Shown: positions 14,009 to 26,770 of the stretch, one piece after another
Numbering within the stretch: position 1 is the first letter of the stretch
Layout: every line of letters begins with the position of its first letter
Assembly (NCBI GenBank): GCA_020137815.1
Contig: CM035360.1
Coordinates: 7,998,001-8,062,000, forward strand
Direction: 5' to 3'
Length of the DNA stretch: 64,000 nucleotides
Source of the DNA: Hormiphora californensis
Lineage: Eukaryota; Animalia; Ctenophora
Notes under the pieces: generated by a model
What the model was told of the DNA's origin: nothing
The model's input: the letters and a program-made list of their open reading frames with translations, nothing else
Databases searched by the model: none
Program-made: the position numbers and the translations under genes

Positions 14009-15229
14009 TTGTTGTTACCAATCAGTATAACATTAAGCATTAGCAAGCTTCCATTAGCAAGTTTTCGATTTACTAATGTCTCAACTAACGGTTTGTCAAT
14101 GAACTATCTTTTTTTTTTAATTTAACAGTTTTTCATACCAGAGGCGGAAAACAGCCGTACTGAAATGAACTCCAGTACGCCGACTACTTACTGAAGGAAA
14201 ACTGATTCAGTTATTTTTAGTGAACAGCCGTACTATACTCGAAACTCGCGCGAAAAAACAGTCTAACCTGGCAACCACAGTGATGGTTCTTTCTCTGTAT
14301 TCTCTCTGTGTGCGCGCCCGTGCCCGGGCATGCCCTATAGTTCTTTCTCTGTATTCTCTCTGTAGGCAGTACATAGATGTACTGCCTACAGAGAGAATAC
14401 AGAGAAAGAACCATCACTGTGGTCCATTATCAGTTAGAGTTTTACTGTTGATGGGATCCCATTAATGGGATGCCATTCAGTTAGAGTTTCCCCTAACAAA
14501 GTTACTGGCTGGGGTGAGATTATCAGTTCAACTGGTATAGTTTCACTGCAAGAGCTCGGTGGCATAATTGAGTCCGGCAAGCTGTCTCTGTCTCTCTCCC
14601 CGTACTTGGGGAGAGAGCCGGTGTGATTTGACCGTAATCACTGGACCATCAGCCAACCAGGTCCACGACAACGGGACTGAGCTTGAAGAGCTCAGCTGGC
14701 ACGAAGAACTCATTTCTGAGTTCCCCCCCGCTGGGGCGTAGTGGGCGTAGTGCAGAAACTCTCGGAATCCAGATTATAGGTTTGAGTTCAGTGCCAATTT
14801 TGACCCACTTCCTGTTGACAAACAAACTTCTCGGGTATTTTCCAGTATATTATCTATTACATACCAGTATATTATTATATTATATATTATTATTATATGA
14901 TTAGATGACTGGTTAAAATGGTCTATTACTTTTTAGTGCACGAGGCCGAAGGCCGAGTGCTCTAAATACAACAATAATGAACCGAGACCGACAGGTCGAG
15001 GTAGATCCTTTTACTTAGCTGCCGAGCCTGCGAGGCACGCTAAGTGTAACTACTGAGCGAGCCTGCGAGCTCTGTAGTTGTACTTTTGGGCCGAGCCTGC
15101 GAGGCCTAAAAGTGAAAGAATCTTTAACAGTATTGTTGTGTAATAGAGCATGTAAAAGCAGTCATCTAATTTTATTAGATGATTTTGGAAACAAACTGAG
15201 TGAACGAGATAAAGATTGAGCGAGTGAGT

Positions 15230-15233
15230 GAGT

Positions 15234-15298
<65 letters not shown>

Positions 15299-15450
15299 AG
15301 AGAAAGAGAAAGAGAAAGAGAAAGAGAAAGAGAAAGAGAAAGAGAAAGAGAAAGAGAAAGAGAAAGAGAAAGAGAAAGAGAAAGAGAAAGAGAAAGAGAA
15401 AGAGAAAGAGAAAGAGAAAGAGAAAGAGAAAGAGAAAGAGAGAAAGAGAA
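15230..15450. repeat. (GA)n + (GAGAAA)n microsatellite
   Basis: Direct reading. Confidence 0.98.
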
Positions 15451-16081
15451 TGTGTGTGAGAGAGATAGGGAAAGAGAGAATCGAAGGCAGAGAGGGAAAG
15501 CAGATGCAGGCCGCTCATTGGGGTGGTGCCATCACGTGACGATCACGTGACCTATAGTTGCAGAGGGGAAGAAAAGATCAAGGATAAGGGTTAGGGCGTG
15601 TGTGACGATCACATGACCTAGAAGAGTTGCAACATGTCGCAGAGGGAAAGAAAAGATAAGCGTGTGCTGTTGCGTGTGCAGTAGTTAGGGCGTGTGTAGT
15701 GACGTAATGTTCACACTGTGTGCGTGTGACTAGAAAGTGTTTAATTTTTCACATACCACTGCAGCGGTATTTTACTTTATAATTACTAGTGTTTTTGCAG
15801 TGGTCTAAAATTTCACAGTACACTTTAACCACCGGAAACGGTGTATTGTGAAAACTTAGATAACCGGTTAAAATTGTCTAATATATTATATATTATTATA
15901 TTATATACCAGTATATTATCTATTATATACCAGTATATTATCTATTATCAATTTTTCCAGTATACATATTAGGATCATTTGTAGTCTTTTGCGACAAACC
16001 GGATGCAAATCGGTCCAGTGGATCGCGTGCAACATCCCTTGAAAGAAACGACCCTTTTTGAGGCGGAGCAGATACCTGTGT

Positions 16082-17371
16082 TGTTGTTGTTGTATGCGCC
16101 TCCGCTTCCAATCCTCTACTTGTGATATTATCCCGTCAGGTAGCCAGTTCCTCACGCCCGAGAAGGACGGAGCTCAGGTTCCAGAGTTTCCTCTTTCCCC
16201 CGGGAGAGTTTTCTTCCTCCGTCTTATGTCCATGGTTTTGGAGATAAGGGTGGAATCGTCTCCCATAACTATCTTAACAGGTCCCATGAAGAGGACCGCA
16301 CCAGCACTGTTTTCACATTGTGCCAGTCTCGGATATCTCCAGCGACCCTTGGTGAGTGGCATCTCAGCATTGATCGCTCTAGATGTGGCCTTGGCTAGGA
16401 CAATTCGGACGCTCCATTGACTATGGCACCTTTGTAGATTTTGCGCTGCCAACCTCTGATTTGTAATCAGTACTCCATGTGGGTTCATGGAACATCACTT
16501 TTTGTTCGTGATGCAGATGCAGCGTCCGGCCGTTCATGGGGTAGTTAGGGCAGGTTCCTTCCCAATTAACGGAACTCTGGCGTGTGAAATGTTTAGTGGG
16601 TTAGGTATCTATGTGCGTCACTCATAGAAATTTGTTTTGTAGCATGGGATAGTGGTTTGTTCTGTTTGTTGATCAGGTTTTTGTGGAGGCTTGTTTGTTG
16701 GTAGAGAATGATGATGTTGGTTTGTTACCTTCATCGTTTGGGGGGTAATCGCCATTTGGGAATCTCCTACGCTTCTCATGGACTTTTGAAGAAGCGTAGG
16801 TAGTAGCGAGGCTACTGGTTTGTGTAGTTTCTCCCTGTTGGGCTACGGAAACACCCCTTGAGTTTATCTCGACCTCGGCGTGGGAATTTTGCCGAGAGTC
16901 GGTGGTAGCTAACCAGTTATGACCTAGCTTGTTAGACCTTTTATACCTGTCCAGAGGCTAGGTGGACAGAAGGTAGAGGAAGGCCAGTTGAGATTAGACC
17001 TCCTCCAGCCTGGACTTTTGCTGGAGGACGGGTTTTGGCCGGTATTTAGCCATCTACTTTGGCCCAGTGCACAAGGCTGGGGAGATGGTGTAATACCGGC
17101 CGGGGGGTATCTCTATTCAGAGAGAGATGAGTCATGAGCGGATTAGAGAAAGGAAGAGAGAAAAACACACCACCCAAGGAGGGCAGCTCTGTTTCCTTGG
17201 AGTGGTATGTGAGATGCTCCAGGCAGTTCAAGAGCTTCATGGTTTACCCCGGGGTATGCCGGGTCACCCCTGAAGATTCCCTGCCTGGTCTGTAGGACAC
17301 TATTGCTATCTAAAAAAATAGACATTAGCCGCGGCCTGCATCTCAAGGGCGTGGGAAGGAATCTCACCCTC
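16082..17371 (-). mobile_element. Degenerate non-LTR retroelement with (CAA)n tail
   Basis: 13-bp TSD CAGATACCTGTGT (16069-16081, 17372-17384); TTGTTGTTG tail; RQGIFRGDPAYP resembles a decayed RT motif. Confidence 0.75.
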
Positions 17372-17886
17372 CAGATACCTGTGTGTGAGCTCAATCTTGG
17401 TCGCGCACGGTGTCTATGTCACCAAAGAGCATGTGAGGGTAACTATGGTTAACTAACCCGGGTACTTTTTGTAAGTTGTAAGAGAAATTGTGAGACTGAG
17501 AGAACATAGCTTGGGCAAGTCGCGCCCTCTTTTTTCGCGAAACCCTCACCCTGCGGAGGGGCAAGAACATAGCCTGATCATAGAGTTACCAATTCCCATT
17601 GATGACTTGAAGAATGAAGACATTTGGGGGATTGAGGAAGGCTGGGCTGGCTCAAATGATATCTGGTGTAGCCCGGGTATCCCTCTGCTTGAAGGAGGTT
17701 TGACATAATTAACATGTAACCAATGAATGATGAAGATATAACGTATTATTAATATAGAAAGGGGGCATGGATACTGTACTGCCCCTTAGACATAGAGTCT
17801 GGGACTTTATCTAAACAGTCTACACAGGGCTGAATCTTTATCTACACTTTTTCAAAGTATAACTGTTATACATAGAATATAAAGAG

Positions 17887-17963
17887 TTGGTGACATATAA
17901 AAAAAGACACCTGGCGCGACCCCCGCTCAAGATCTTGGTCGCGCACGGTATCTATGTCACCAA
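17887..17963. mobile_element. 77-bp micro-MITE, 9-bp TSD family
   Basis: TTGGTGACATA..TATGTCACCAA; TSD TATAAAGAG/GATAAAGAG. Confidence 0.85.
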
Positions 17964-18266
17964 GATAAAGAGCACACTTTTAGATTTAGAGTCCGTCTTG
18001 GGTTTAGATATTATGAGTCTGATATCACTAGAGTCAGCCCACCGATTCGCACACTATTTCTGTGCAGCCACCATTCTCTTAGTGGTTAATAAGGCGTTAA
18101 TTTTAGTGCAACCCTATTTTAAGCGCAAAAACGATCACTGACCCTTCAATCTTCATGAACGTTTTGAAACATTTTTCCGGCTTACCCAGTATAGTATTCT
18201 TTTAGTTCAAATTAAAAGTAGGTATAAAGAAACAATCTGGCCTGTCTTTGTTTTATACGAATTGTA

Positions 18267-18443
18267 TCAAAATCCGAGAAGAGAAGGCAGTTTTATTTCT
18301 CCTGGAGTTGGTAGTCTTGCAGATTCCCGCCCTGATAAGTTAGCGTTCTTGATCTTATCATTTTTGGACCGAATTTTATCTCTCATGTTTTCCAAATGTT
18401 GTCGGCGGGCTGTTATAGCTTTTGTCATCGCTGCATCTTGTGC
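18267..18443 (-). CDS. Stathmin-domain protein terminal exon
   Basis: tttcag|GCA; AQDAAMTKAITARRQHLENMRDKIRSKNDKIK...LLGF*, resembles stathmin C-terminal helix NREAQMAAKLERLREKDKH. Confidence 0.82.
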   Translation of the reverse strand, partial: AQDAAMTKAITARRQHLENMRDKIRSKNDKIKNANLSGRESARLPTPGEIKLPSLLGF

Positions 18444-18590
18444 CTGAAAGAACAAAAATTAATGTGATGACCACTTTTGTGAAAGCTCCGTTCAGGGTGT
18501 AACGTCAAACCCAAACCCTCGTTAGGTTTTAAAAAAATTTAAAATCTTCCACTTTTCTTCGACACGATTTCCTTACAAAACACATTTTAA

Positions 18591-21132
18591 AGTGAGAGTG
18601 GACAGAATCAGAATTGGACAAGTTTGTCACCAAGGGGAACTCCTGTTTAGTCAGTATGTATAAATGAGGTATAAACGCTTGCCAGTGGATAACTTTCTCC
18701 CAGCGCGCCGCTGGGAGAAGGTAGCTGTAGTTTATCCGCCGCTAGCGGATATAACAGGATAGAACCAATCGTCGTGTTTTACTAACACATTCTGAATATA
18801 AGCAGTGAGGTTGACATGTCCATGCACAGCTGTGCACAGAAGCAGAGCAATGCAAGTTAACGTATAAACAAGAATAATTGCGGTATTCGGGGCCTGGCAA
18901 GAATATAAACCAAACTCAACCCATCCCCCCTAAAACAACGGGGCCGAGCCGACAGGCCCTTAATATCAGATGAAAAAAACCAATAAACCATAAACCGTAA
19001 CCATAAAACCATTCGGGGCCTGGCCCGAATATAAACCAAACTCAACCCATTCCCCCTAAAACACCCCCCCCCCCTAAATCTAAAACAACGGGGCCGAGCC
19101 GACAGGCCCTTAATACCAAATGAAAAAAAAACCATAAGACCAGAGAGACATGCTCGGAGCTATAAACCACTAAGCTACCAAACCCTATGTACTGATCGTG
19201 TTTTACTAACACATTCTGAATTTGTTATGTTCTAACCCTCCTTTACATTTCGCGGGCGGGCGCGTGAAACACAGTCTAGCTAGGCAATTCTGAATATAAG
19301 CAGTGAGGTTGACATGTCCATGCACAGCTGTGCACAGAAGCAGAGCAATGCAAGTTAACGTATAAACAAGAATAATTGCGGTATTCGGGGCCTGGCAAGA
19401 ATATAAACCAAACTCAACCCATCCCCCCTAAAACAACGGGGCCGAGCCGACAGGCCCTTAATACCAGATGAAACAAAAACCATAAACCATAAAACCATCG
19501 GGGCCTGGCCCGACCCGAATATAAACCAAACTCAACCCATTCCCCCTAAAACATCCCCCTAAATCTAAAACAACGGGGCCGAGCCGACAGGCCTTAAAAA
19601 AAACCATAAACCATAACCATAAAACCATCGGGGCCTGGCAAGGCCCCCCGACCCGAATATAAACCAAACTCAACCCATTCCCCCTAAAACATCCCCCCTA
19701 AAACTAAAACAACGGGGCCGAGCCGACAGGCCCTTAATACCAAATGAAAAAAAAAAACATAAGACCAGAGAGACATGCTCGGAGCTATAAACCACTAAGC
19801 TACCAAACCCTATGTACTGATCGCATTTCATCGCTCTATAATATTCAAGCTCCTGCCCTTAACTAGACACCATGTGATAAAGGGAAGTAATTTTGATATC
19901 TCCTTCTGGTGATCAACACACACACACGCCCTCTGTATAACAGTTTAATGGGGAATCTCATACATACACGGGCAGAACTCGGTTAAGGAGAGAGTATTCT
20001 GAATAATGAGTTCAGAGCAAGAATTAAATAGGGTTTGGTAGCTTAGTGGTTTATAGCTCCGAGCATGTCTCTCTGGAGGTCCCTGGTTCAATTCCCGGTC
20101 AAACCCAGTATTTTTCGATTTTCTTCCCTATTTAATTCTTGCTCTGGACTCATTATTCAGAATGCTAATTAATCTCTCCTTAACCGAGTTCTGCCCGTGT
20201 ATGTGTGAGAAGTTTGTTCGAGGTTGTAGAGATTAGTTCTATGAGCAATGCTAAGTTGAAAATTTTTGAATACACAATTTTAAAGTGTTGCACGTGTATT
20301 GGAATGTTCTAGGGACTAATTTCCGTGTTTTGAAATTTTAAAATTTCAAAATTTTTTTCCGATTTTTTTCCCAATTTTTCACCGAAAACAAGGGTCACAA
20401 AAGTGGCTTGCGACTCGAAGCGGCTCAACCGTTTGGGCTGAAACTTCAAATATCAGTAGAAAATTACCCACTGAATACCAGACGTATTGTTCGAAAGCGA
20501 TATTTTGAGTATACAGCAAAGTATACAAAATATAGTGCTCCATTGACTTCATTAACCCTTAAATTCTCATTATTTACGCAAAAACGCGGGTTATGAAAGT
20601 CGCTTGCGACTCGAAGCGGCTCAACCGTTTGGGCTGAAACTTCGGAAATCAGTAGAAAATTACTCACTGAATACCAGACATATTGTTCGAAAGCGATATT
20701 TTTCAACTTAGCAACCCCTAATGAGCATTTTGCCTTTTTGCCGCTCAAAATCGACCCATCCATCACTGAGATATTTTTGTTACTCTCGGGGAATTCCTTT
20801 TTAATCAGTATGTTTCTATTCTGTTTGTTATTGCAATCGTCGTGTTTTACTAACAAATTCTGAATATAAGCAGTGAGGTTGTCATGTCCATGCACAGAAG
20901 CAGAGCAATGCAATTCATAATATTGAAAATTTATAAAAAATTTTAGTAAAACACAAGGATTGTTTCTATCCTGTTTGATAAATATTGATCCAGCAGGAAT
21001 TCCCCGAGAGTAACAAAAATATCTCAGTTATAGATGGGTCGATTTTAAGCGGCAAAAAGGCAAAATGCTCGTAGAACTAATCTCTACGTCCTCCAACAAA
21101 CTTGTCCAATTCTGATTCTGTCCACTCTCACT
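18591..21132. mobile_element. Kolobok-like composite region with tandem duplication (18772-19220 / 19290-19822) and nested inserts
   Basis: TTAA|AGTGAGAGTGGACAGAATCAGAATTGGACAAGTTTGT ... exact inverse|TTAA; may be two overlapping copies. Confidence 0.6.
20031..20107 (+). tRNA. tRNA-like pseudogene/SINE head (non-canonical anticodon arm)
   Basis: A box TAGCTTAGTGG, B box GGTTCAATTCC, acceptor GGGTTTG/CAAACCC, AGGTC variable loop, T5 at 20111-20115. Confidence 0.65.
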
Positions 21133-21216
21133 TTAAACTGTTGTACAGAGGGCGTGTGTGTGTGTTGATCACCAGAAGGAGATATCAAAATTACTTCCCT
21201 AATTAAAATGTAATTA

Positions 21217-21840
21217 CAGTCGGACCCCGATTTAGTGGCCCCCGATTTAGTGGCACCCCGATTTAGTGGCAGGATTTTTTCCCCCAAAAATTTTTTTGAA
21301 TTTTTTTTGTGAAATTTTTTTGAAAATTTTTCAAAGAAACACCAGCCACGTCCGAATCGTTTTTCGAATCAGTGAATCTTATCGCATGTCCTGCTGCTAA
21401 TTAGACAGTTCGGAACGAACCGATACGTGATCCCCATGGGGCCATTGAATCATAAGTTCACCTAGCGTCAAAATTTCGATTCGATGGGGATCACGTTTCG
21501 ATTCGTTCCGAACCGTCTAATTAGCAGCAGGACATGCGATAAGATGTACCGATTCGAAACAGGATTCGGACGTGGCTGGTATACATTTAAAAATTTTAAA
21601 ACCTTTTTTTTGCAAAATTTTACAGTAAGATTGCCAATGCTTTGATCGGTGCTCCCCATAAATTTTGAGAGAAAAAGTTATTTTGAAATTTTGAAACTTC
21701 CTCACCTGCTTAGGGTTGCCTAGCTAGACTGTGTTTCGTGCGCCCCGCTCAAATGTAAAGAAGGGTTAGAACATAACAAGCTTAGGGTGCCCCAATTCGG
21801 CATGGTATCACGTATCAGTTCGTTTCGAACCCGCTAATTA
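21217..21840. mobile_element. Tc1/mariner-type MITE, left end only
   Basis: TA|CAGTCGGACCCCGATTTAGTGG with repeated CCCCGATTTAGTGG; matching right end not found. Confidence 0.5.
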
Positions 21841-21899
21841 GACAGGATATCCAGTAAGCTGCACCGATTCGAAACGAGCCATAGAACACCTCTCTACCA

Positions 21900-22720
21900 C
21901 GTACAAGTGGTGGTTTCCCGTAGCATGCTAGGCCGTGTTAAAGTTTCACCAGGCACGCCGTGCACTACCAACCTCCGACCTCCGTATTCTTTACCCCGAC
22001 ATAAGAGACGAAGAGTGGGGGGAGGGGGCATAGAGACGGGTGGGGGGCTGTTGCAGGACTTCAATGGGCTTTCTAGTCCTTATTATAATTTGCAAATGAA
22101 CGTCGTGATGAGTGTGATGACCTATCATCACGTGCAAATAGAGGGGGGTTGCCAAGGAGGTGGCCTAGGAGGGGTATTGGAGGTTGTGGGGGGATACTGC
22201 ACGTGCATGTTATTGGTTGTTTGTTGCGTGTTCCTGTGTTGTTCCTGTGGTGTTTTGGGACCGCCAAGATTGCCAAAGCCTTTCTACCTACGTACCCCGT
22301 TGATTCACAGCTACAATTCTACGGATCTTTATCACCTGATTCTACATGTTATTCAGCGGGATTTCCCTTGATGTTTATCACCAACGCTCTACAACTACCA
22401 ACCTCCATATTCTTTACCCCGACATGGAGAGACAAAGAGTGAGAGGGGGGACATAGAGACGGGTGGGGGGGGGGTGTTGTAGGACTTAACAATGGGCTTT
22501 CTAGTCTTAATTAAAAGATGCAAATGCGTGGCGTGGTGGTGATGATGTAGTATCCCACGTGCAAATAGAGGGGGTTGCCAAGGAGGTGCCATAGCCCAGC
22601 TACGCAGCGGGTGATTGAAGGTTGCACGTGCGGGTTGGTGCAGCGAGTGAGAGGGGTGCTCCTGGGTTAGAGGTGGGTATTTCGGGTCAACGGGTGCTAT
22701 ACTTCAACGGACTTTCTAGT
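21900..22720. repeat. ~430-bp unit repeat family; more units at 37200-38380, 38760-38850, 39420-39722, 46895-46965
   Basis: Recurrent CTACCAACCTCC..GGGCTTTCTAGTC..GTTGCGTGTTCCTG..CTACAATTCTACGGAT in tandem. Confidence 0.85.
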
Positions 22721-23328
22721 CTATTCTAAAATGGTCAGAGGGCCAGGGTTAGCTACTAACGTATTTATAGTTGATTGTCCTTGCCTCGGATAGTGCTCTA
22801 CTCACCAGGAGGAGCGATTTACAAGTTAAACAAGGAAGTTTTAGTTCAATAGTTGAACTAAAACTTCCTTGTTTAACTTGTACTAACGTATTTAGAAATG
22901 TCCGAGGGACATCTATATTCTATAGTAGAGGACAGTCTACTACAAAGCACAGCCAAAGACGCACCTGCTTACCTACAAGCGTTTGCGGATGACCTCATCA
23001 CTGGCCGAAGGAGACGATATAGAGATAATAAGACACAGAACCCAAACAACTCTCAACCACATAAACAACTGGTGTAAAGACCAAGGTCTTTTACTCAGCG
23101 CAATAAAAACTACTATGATAATGTTCACCACAAAGAGGAAATGGACACTAAAACCAATCTTCATTGAAGGAATTGAAATAAAACTAAGCACCACAACAAA
23201 ATTTCTTGGAGTTACGTTAGATAGCAAACTAAACTTCAACAAACACATCGACGACATCACAAAAAAAGCTCTCAGAATAGCAACCGGTGCCTTCCCAAAC
23301 ACTGCAGGGGCTGACCTAAACATCATAA

Positions 23329-23587
23329 GGGGAAACTCTAACTGAATGGCATCCCATTAATGGGATCCCATCAACAGTAAAACTCTAACTGATAATGGAC
23401 CACAGTGATGGTTCTTTCTCTGTATTCTCTCTGTGTGTGCGCCCAATCAATCAATTCCCGGGCATGCCCAATGTACTGCCTACAGAGAGAATACAGAGAA
23501 AGAACCATCACTGTGGTCCATTATCAGTTAGAGTTTTACTGTTGATGGGATGCCATTAATGGGATGCCATTCAGTTAGAGTTTCCCC
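23329..23587. mobile_element. Tourist-like palindromic MITE (~260 bp); copies at 14275-14493, 23973-24230, 44219-44478, 47258-47550, 48619-48909, 49014-49185
   Basis: TAA|GGGGAAACTCTAACTGAATGGCATCCCATT...GAGTTTCCCC|TAA. Confidence 0.9.
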
Positions 23588-24579
23588 TAACGAACACAAC
23601 AGATATAATACACCACGTAGAGAAAACTGCTACTGAAATCACACTATCACAGGGCGCCTAAAAGCAAATGGGAAATGGACTAAAGAAAAAGGTATGTTAA
23701 CCAACTATACCCACGCTCATACTTGCAATAGGTTGTGGGAAGAACTAGAGCTACCAGTATGCCCACTAGAAAAAACAACCAAAGAAACTCTTAGTAAAGA
23801 CTAACGAGACAACAATCGACTGGGAAACAGGTATACTAGACGAGGAGGACAAAAATGCATTAACGGTATACATGGATGGATCAAAAAATGAAGCTAATCA
23901 AACGGGACTAGGAGCACATTCAAAAGCTACGGAGCTTACACAAGAAATCGATATCTCAGAAAGACTACCTTAGGGGAAACTCTAACTGAATGGCATCCCA
24001 TTAATGGGATCCCATCAGCAGTACAACTCTAACTGATAATGGACCACAGTGATGGTTCTTTCTCTGTATTCTCTCTGTAGCAGTACATTGGGCATGCCCG
24101 GGCATTGATTGATTGGGCGCGCACACAGAGAGAATACAGAGAAAGAACCATCACTGTGGTTCATTATCAGTTAGAGTTGTACTGCTGATGGGATCCCATT
24201 AATGGGATGCCATTCAGTTAGAGTTTCCCCTAATTATAGCACAGTCTTCCAAGCCGAAGTAACAGCGATTAAAAGAGCAGCAGAGGAACTTAACATCAAT
24301 GGGACACGAAACCACCACATCCACATCAGATCAGATTCCTGATTCAGCCGCCAGTATAAGCGCACTGAGCAAATTGACCTCAGATTCCTTACAATTAAGG
24401 AATGCAACGCGGAACTCAACCAACTAGCACAAAACAATACGGTGAAAATAAAATGGGTCAAAGCACATATCGGCATCCAAGGCAACGAGATAGCCGACCA
24501 ACTTGCCAAAGAAGGATGCAGCAAACCAATCAGTGAAACCAGACAAATACCAATCCCACACAGCTATATTAAAAACTCT

Positions 24580-24796
24580 TAAAAAAATAGAACTCGTGCA
24601 GTTGCTAGATGGCCCTTTTACAGGCTCCTCACAATTGAAACTTCTAACAAGTGACAACTGGTGCTTTTGAGTTAGACTCAACAACACAGCGACTGATGCA
24701 GATGAGTGGTGAACACATGCATTTCTACATGTGAGCACCATACATTTGCACACTGTAATTAGTGCGACACCGGCATGACTCGGTGAACCAAGGGGA
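24580..24796 (-). mobile_element. ~200-bp SINE-like retroposon; second copy 33119-33320
   Basis: Near-identical copies, T/TAT-rich tail on - strand, TSDs AAAAACTCT and CTACAACAAA. Confidence 0.75.
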
Positions 24797-25428
24797 AAAA
24801 ACTCTACCGCGAAAATAGCCAAAACAAAAACCATGAACCAATTTCTATCAAATGGAGGGAAGCACGCAAGAACTCTAATAACGAGTGAATCAACATGGAA
24901 CTCACTAACAAAAAAGATGGCAATGTACGCCAATCAAAGGAAAAAATATAGAATCATATTACATCTCATCACAAACATAGGGCCGTTCAATTACTACCTC
25001 AAGAAGATTGGCAAATCCAACACTGCCATATGCAGTCTATGCACTAAAACAGAAGAAAATGCGAAACACTTAATATGCATATGTGAATGTGAAATCCTGG
25101 AAGAAGAATCACTATCCTGCGACTCTCGAAGGAGTTTACCCTCCCAAACCCGACGCCACCTATAATGCGAACCTGTCCTGTAGCTGTAGTCAGTTCCTGA
25201 TGGTGGGGGTGGGGAGGGGGCTATTCTCCTAGTGCCGGCGATATCGCTTTGCGATAGTCCCCTATGGGCTTGCCGTTGGCAAGCCCAGTGTGTGAAGTTT
25301 TCGCGAAACTTCGAACGTCGAACTTCAGTGTGTGTCGCGAGGTTGAGATTTGAACGAGCGCGCCCAACTTCAGTGTGTCTCCCCCCAATGCAATGCTCAC
25401 ATTCTGTCACCCAATACTTTAAAGCTAC

Positions 25429-25530
25429 CTTTTTCATTTCGATTCGTTTGCTTTCTTCAATTTTACTGCTTCTTGAACCGACTTCATCAACAGTGTTGTG
25501 TGATTCCGACAATTTGGTGATGGTTTCCAG
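25429..25530 (-). CDS. Stathmin-domain protein exon (coiled coil)
   Basis: tttcag|CTG...AAG|gtagc, phase 0-0, 102 nt; LETITKLSESHNTVDEVGSRSSKIEESKRIEMKK. Confidence 0.8.
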
Positions 25531-25769
25531 CTGAAAATAACTAGATATTACAATCAGATTAATTTTTTTCAGAATGGAATACGGAAACATTATAAGATGA
25601 TAGAGAGATGAAGAGATCTAACAAAAAGGAAAAGAAAGAAAGAGAAGTTATTTATAACAATTTTGTTTTTTCAAGGGTATAGTAGTGCCTTTCCGGCGAC
25701 AGTGACAAGTAAGTGTGTGTGTGACACACGGTTTGACACGGTTTTAAAATAATTCTGCACGGGTTTCCC

Positions 25770-26770
25770 CGTATTTGCCATATTCTAACCGGCTGTAAGG
25801 TGGCTCTGGGTCAGGGGAGATACCGGTGGCGGCATGACAAGGTCCTGCGGCAGATAGGCGAGCAGGTAAAGTTTCACTGCGAGGTCCGTGCTAACGCTGC
25901 ATCGAGGTCCACGAGAGGGTCCCGGAGTATCGAGTTCGTTGCAGAGGGTAAGAAGGGGAAGAAGAAGGGGAAGAAGAGGGTTAGTGGGTGTGGGATTCTG
26001 TCAGGCGCTAAGGACTGGGTTGTCCTCTCTGACATCGGAAGTCAGCCCAAGTTCCCGGCGGAGATCGCCCAGACCAGGTTAAGGCCTGATCTTGTTGTCT
26101 TCTCGCGAGAGGTAAAGACGGTGATCTGGTGGGAGCTCACTTGCCCTGCAGAAGAGAGAATAGGGGATGCCCATACTCTCAAGATTGAACGGTACACGGA
26201 CCTTGAGAGGGAGTGTGAGTCTAATGGGTGGAGGTGTTTTAATATGGCGGTAGAGGTTGGGGCTCGAGGGCAGGTCGCGGATAGTCTGGTTAGAGCAGCT
26301 TCTCGTCTTGGGTTTAGAGGGAGGGGTCTTAGGAAGCTGGTTAAGGATACGGGGAAAGAGGCTGCTCACTGTTCCATGTGGATCTACTTCATGTACTCCA
26401 GCTCCCTGTACTCCCACTCCTACTCCCACTCCTACTTCACCATTCGGCGAAGAAGGAGTGGGAGTACAGGAATGTGGAGTAGTGGAGGCAGTGAAGTGGT
26501 TGAGATTCCCCCTCGCAGTGGAGTGTGTGTTTGGACGGGTGTACCCTTACTGTCATAAACCTGTCAAAGGGGGAGGCAGTGAGGGACCCCAGTCGACACA
26601 TTCATTCCGGGCAACTGGGTATAGATCGATCGGTGGTCTCAGATTATCGAGATTGCCGGGGCGCCTGACTTAGTACCTTGTGTACCCGTACCGAATTAAA
26701 GCCCCGAAACGGTGTCAGGTTTACGGCTGATGAGTTCGATCTGAGTCTCGGTTTCTGGCGAGTGTCCACA
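25770..26770 (+). mobile_element. RLE-type (HERO/NeSL-like) non-LTR 3' fragment; related piece 61018-61190 (-)
   Basis: HILTGC..RYRWRHDKVL..RPDLVV..ELTCP..K.ERY..VEVGARG restriction-like endonuclease. Confidence 0.88.

Larger units (their letters stand above)
22960..25110 (+). mobile_element. Non-LTR retrotransposon remnant: RT C-terminus + RNase H + zinc knuckle (I/R1/LOA-type), interrupted by MITEs
   Basis: QAFADD; KFLGVTLDSKLNFNKHI; DGSK; STVFQAE; WVKAHIGIQGNEIADQLAKEG; CSLC..E...HLIC. Confidence 0.88.

Noticed and set aside
20031-20107. Functional decoding tRNA
   Set aside because: Bulged anticodon stem, no U33 or purine 37, T-stem mismatch
24994-25590. 198-aa ORF
   Set aside because: Only 25429-25530 has splice sites; the rest reads through MITE and antisense LINE
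26700-26745. Possible hammerhead (CGAAAC..GTC..CTGATGA)
   Set aside because: Stems I and II cannot pair
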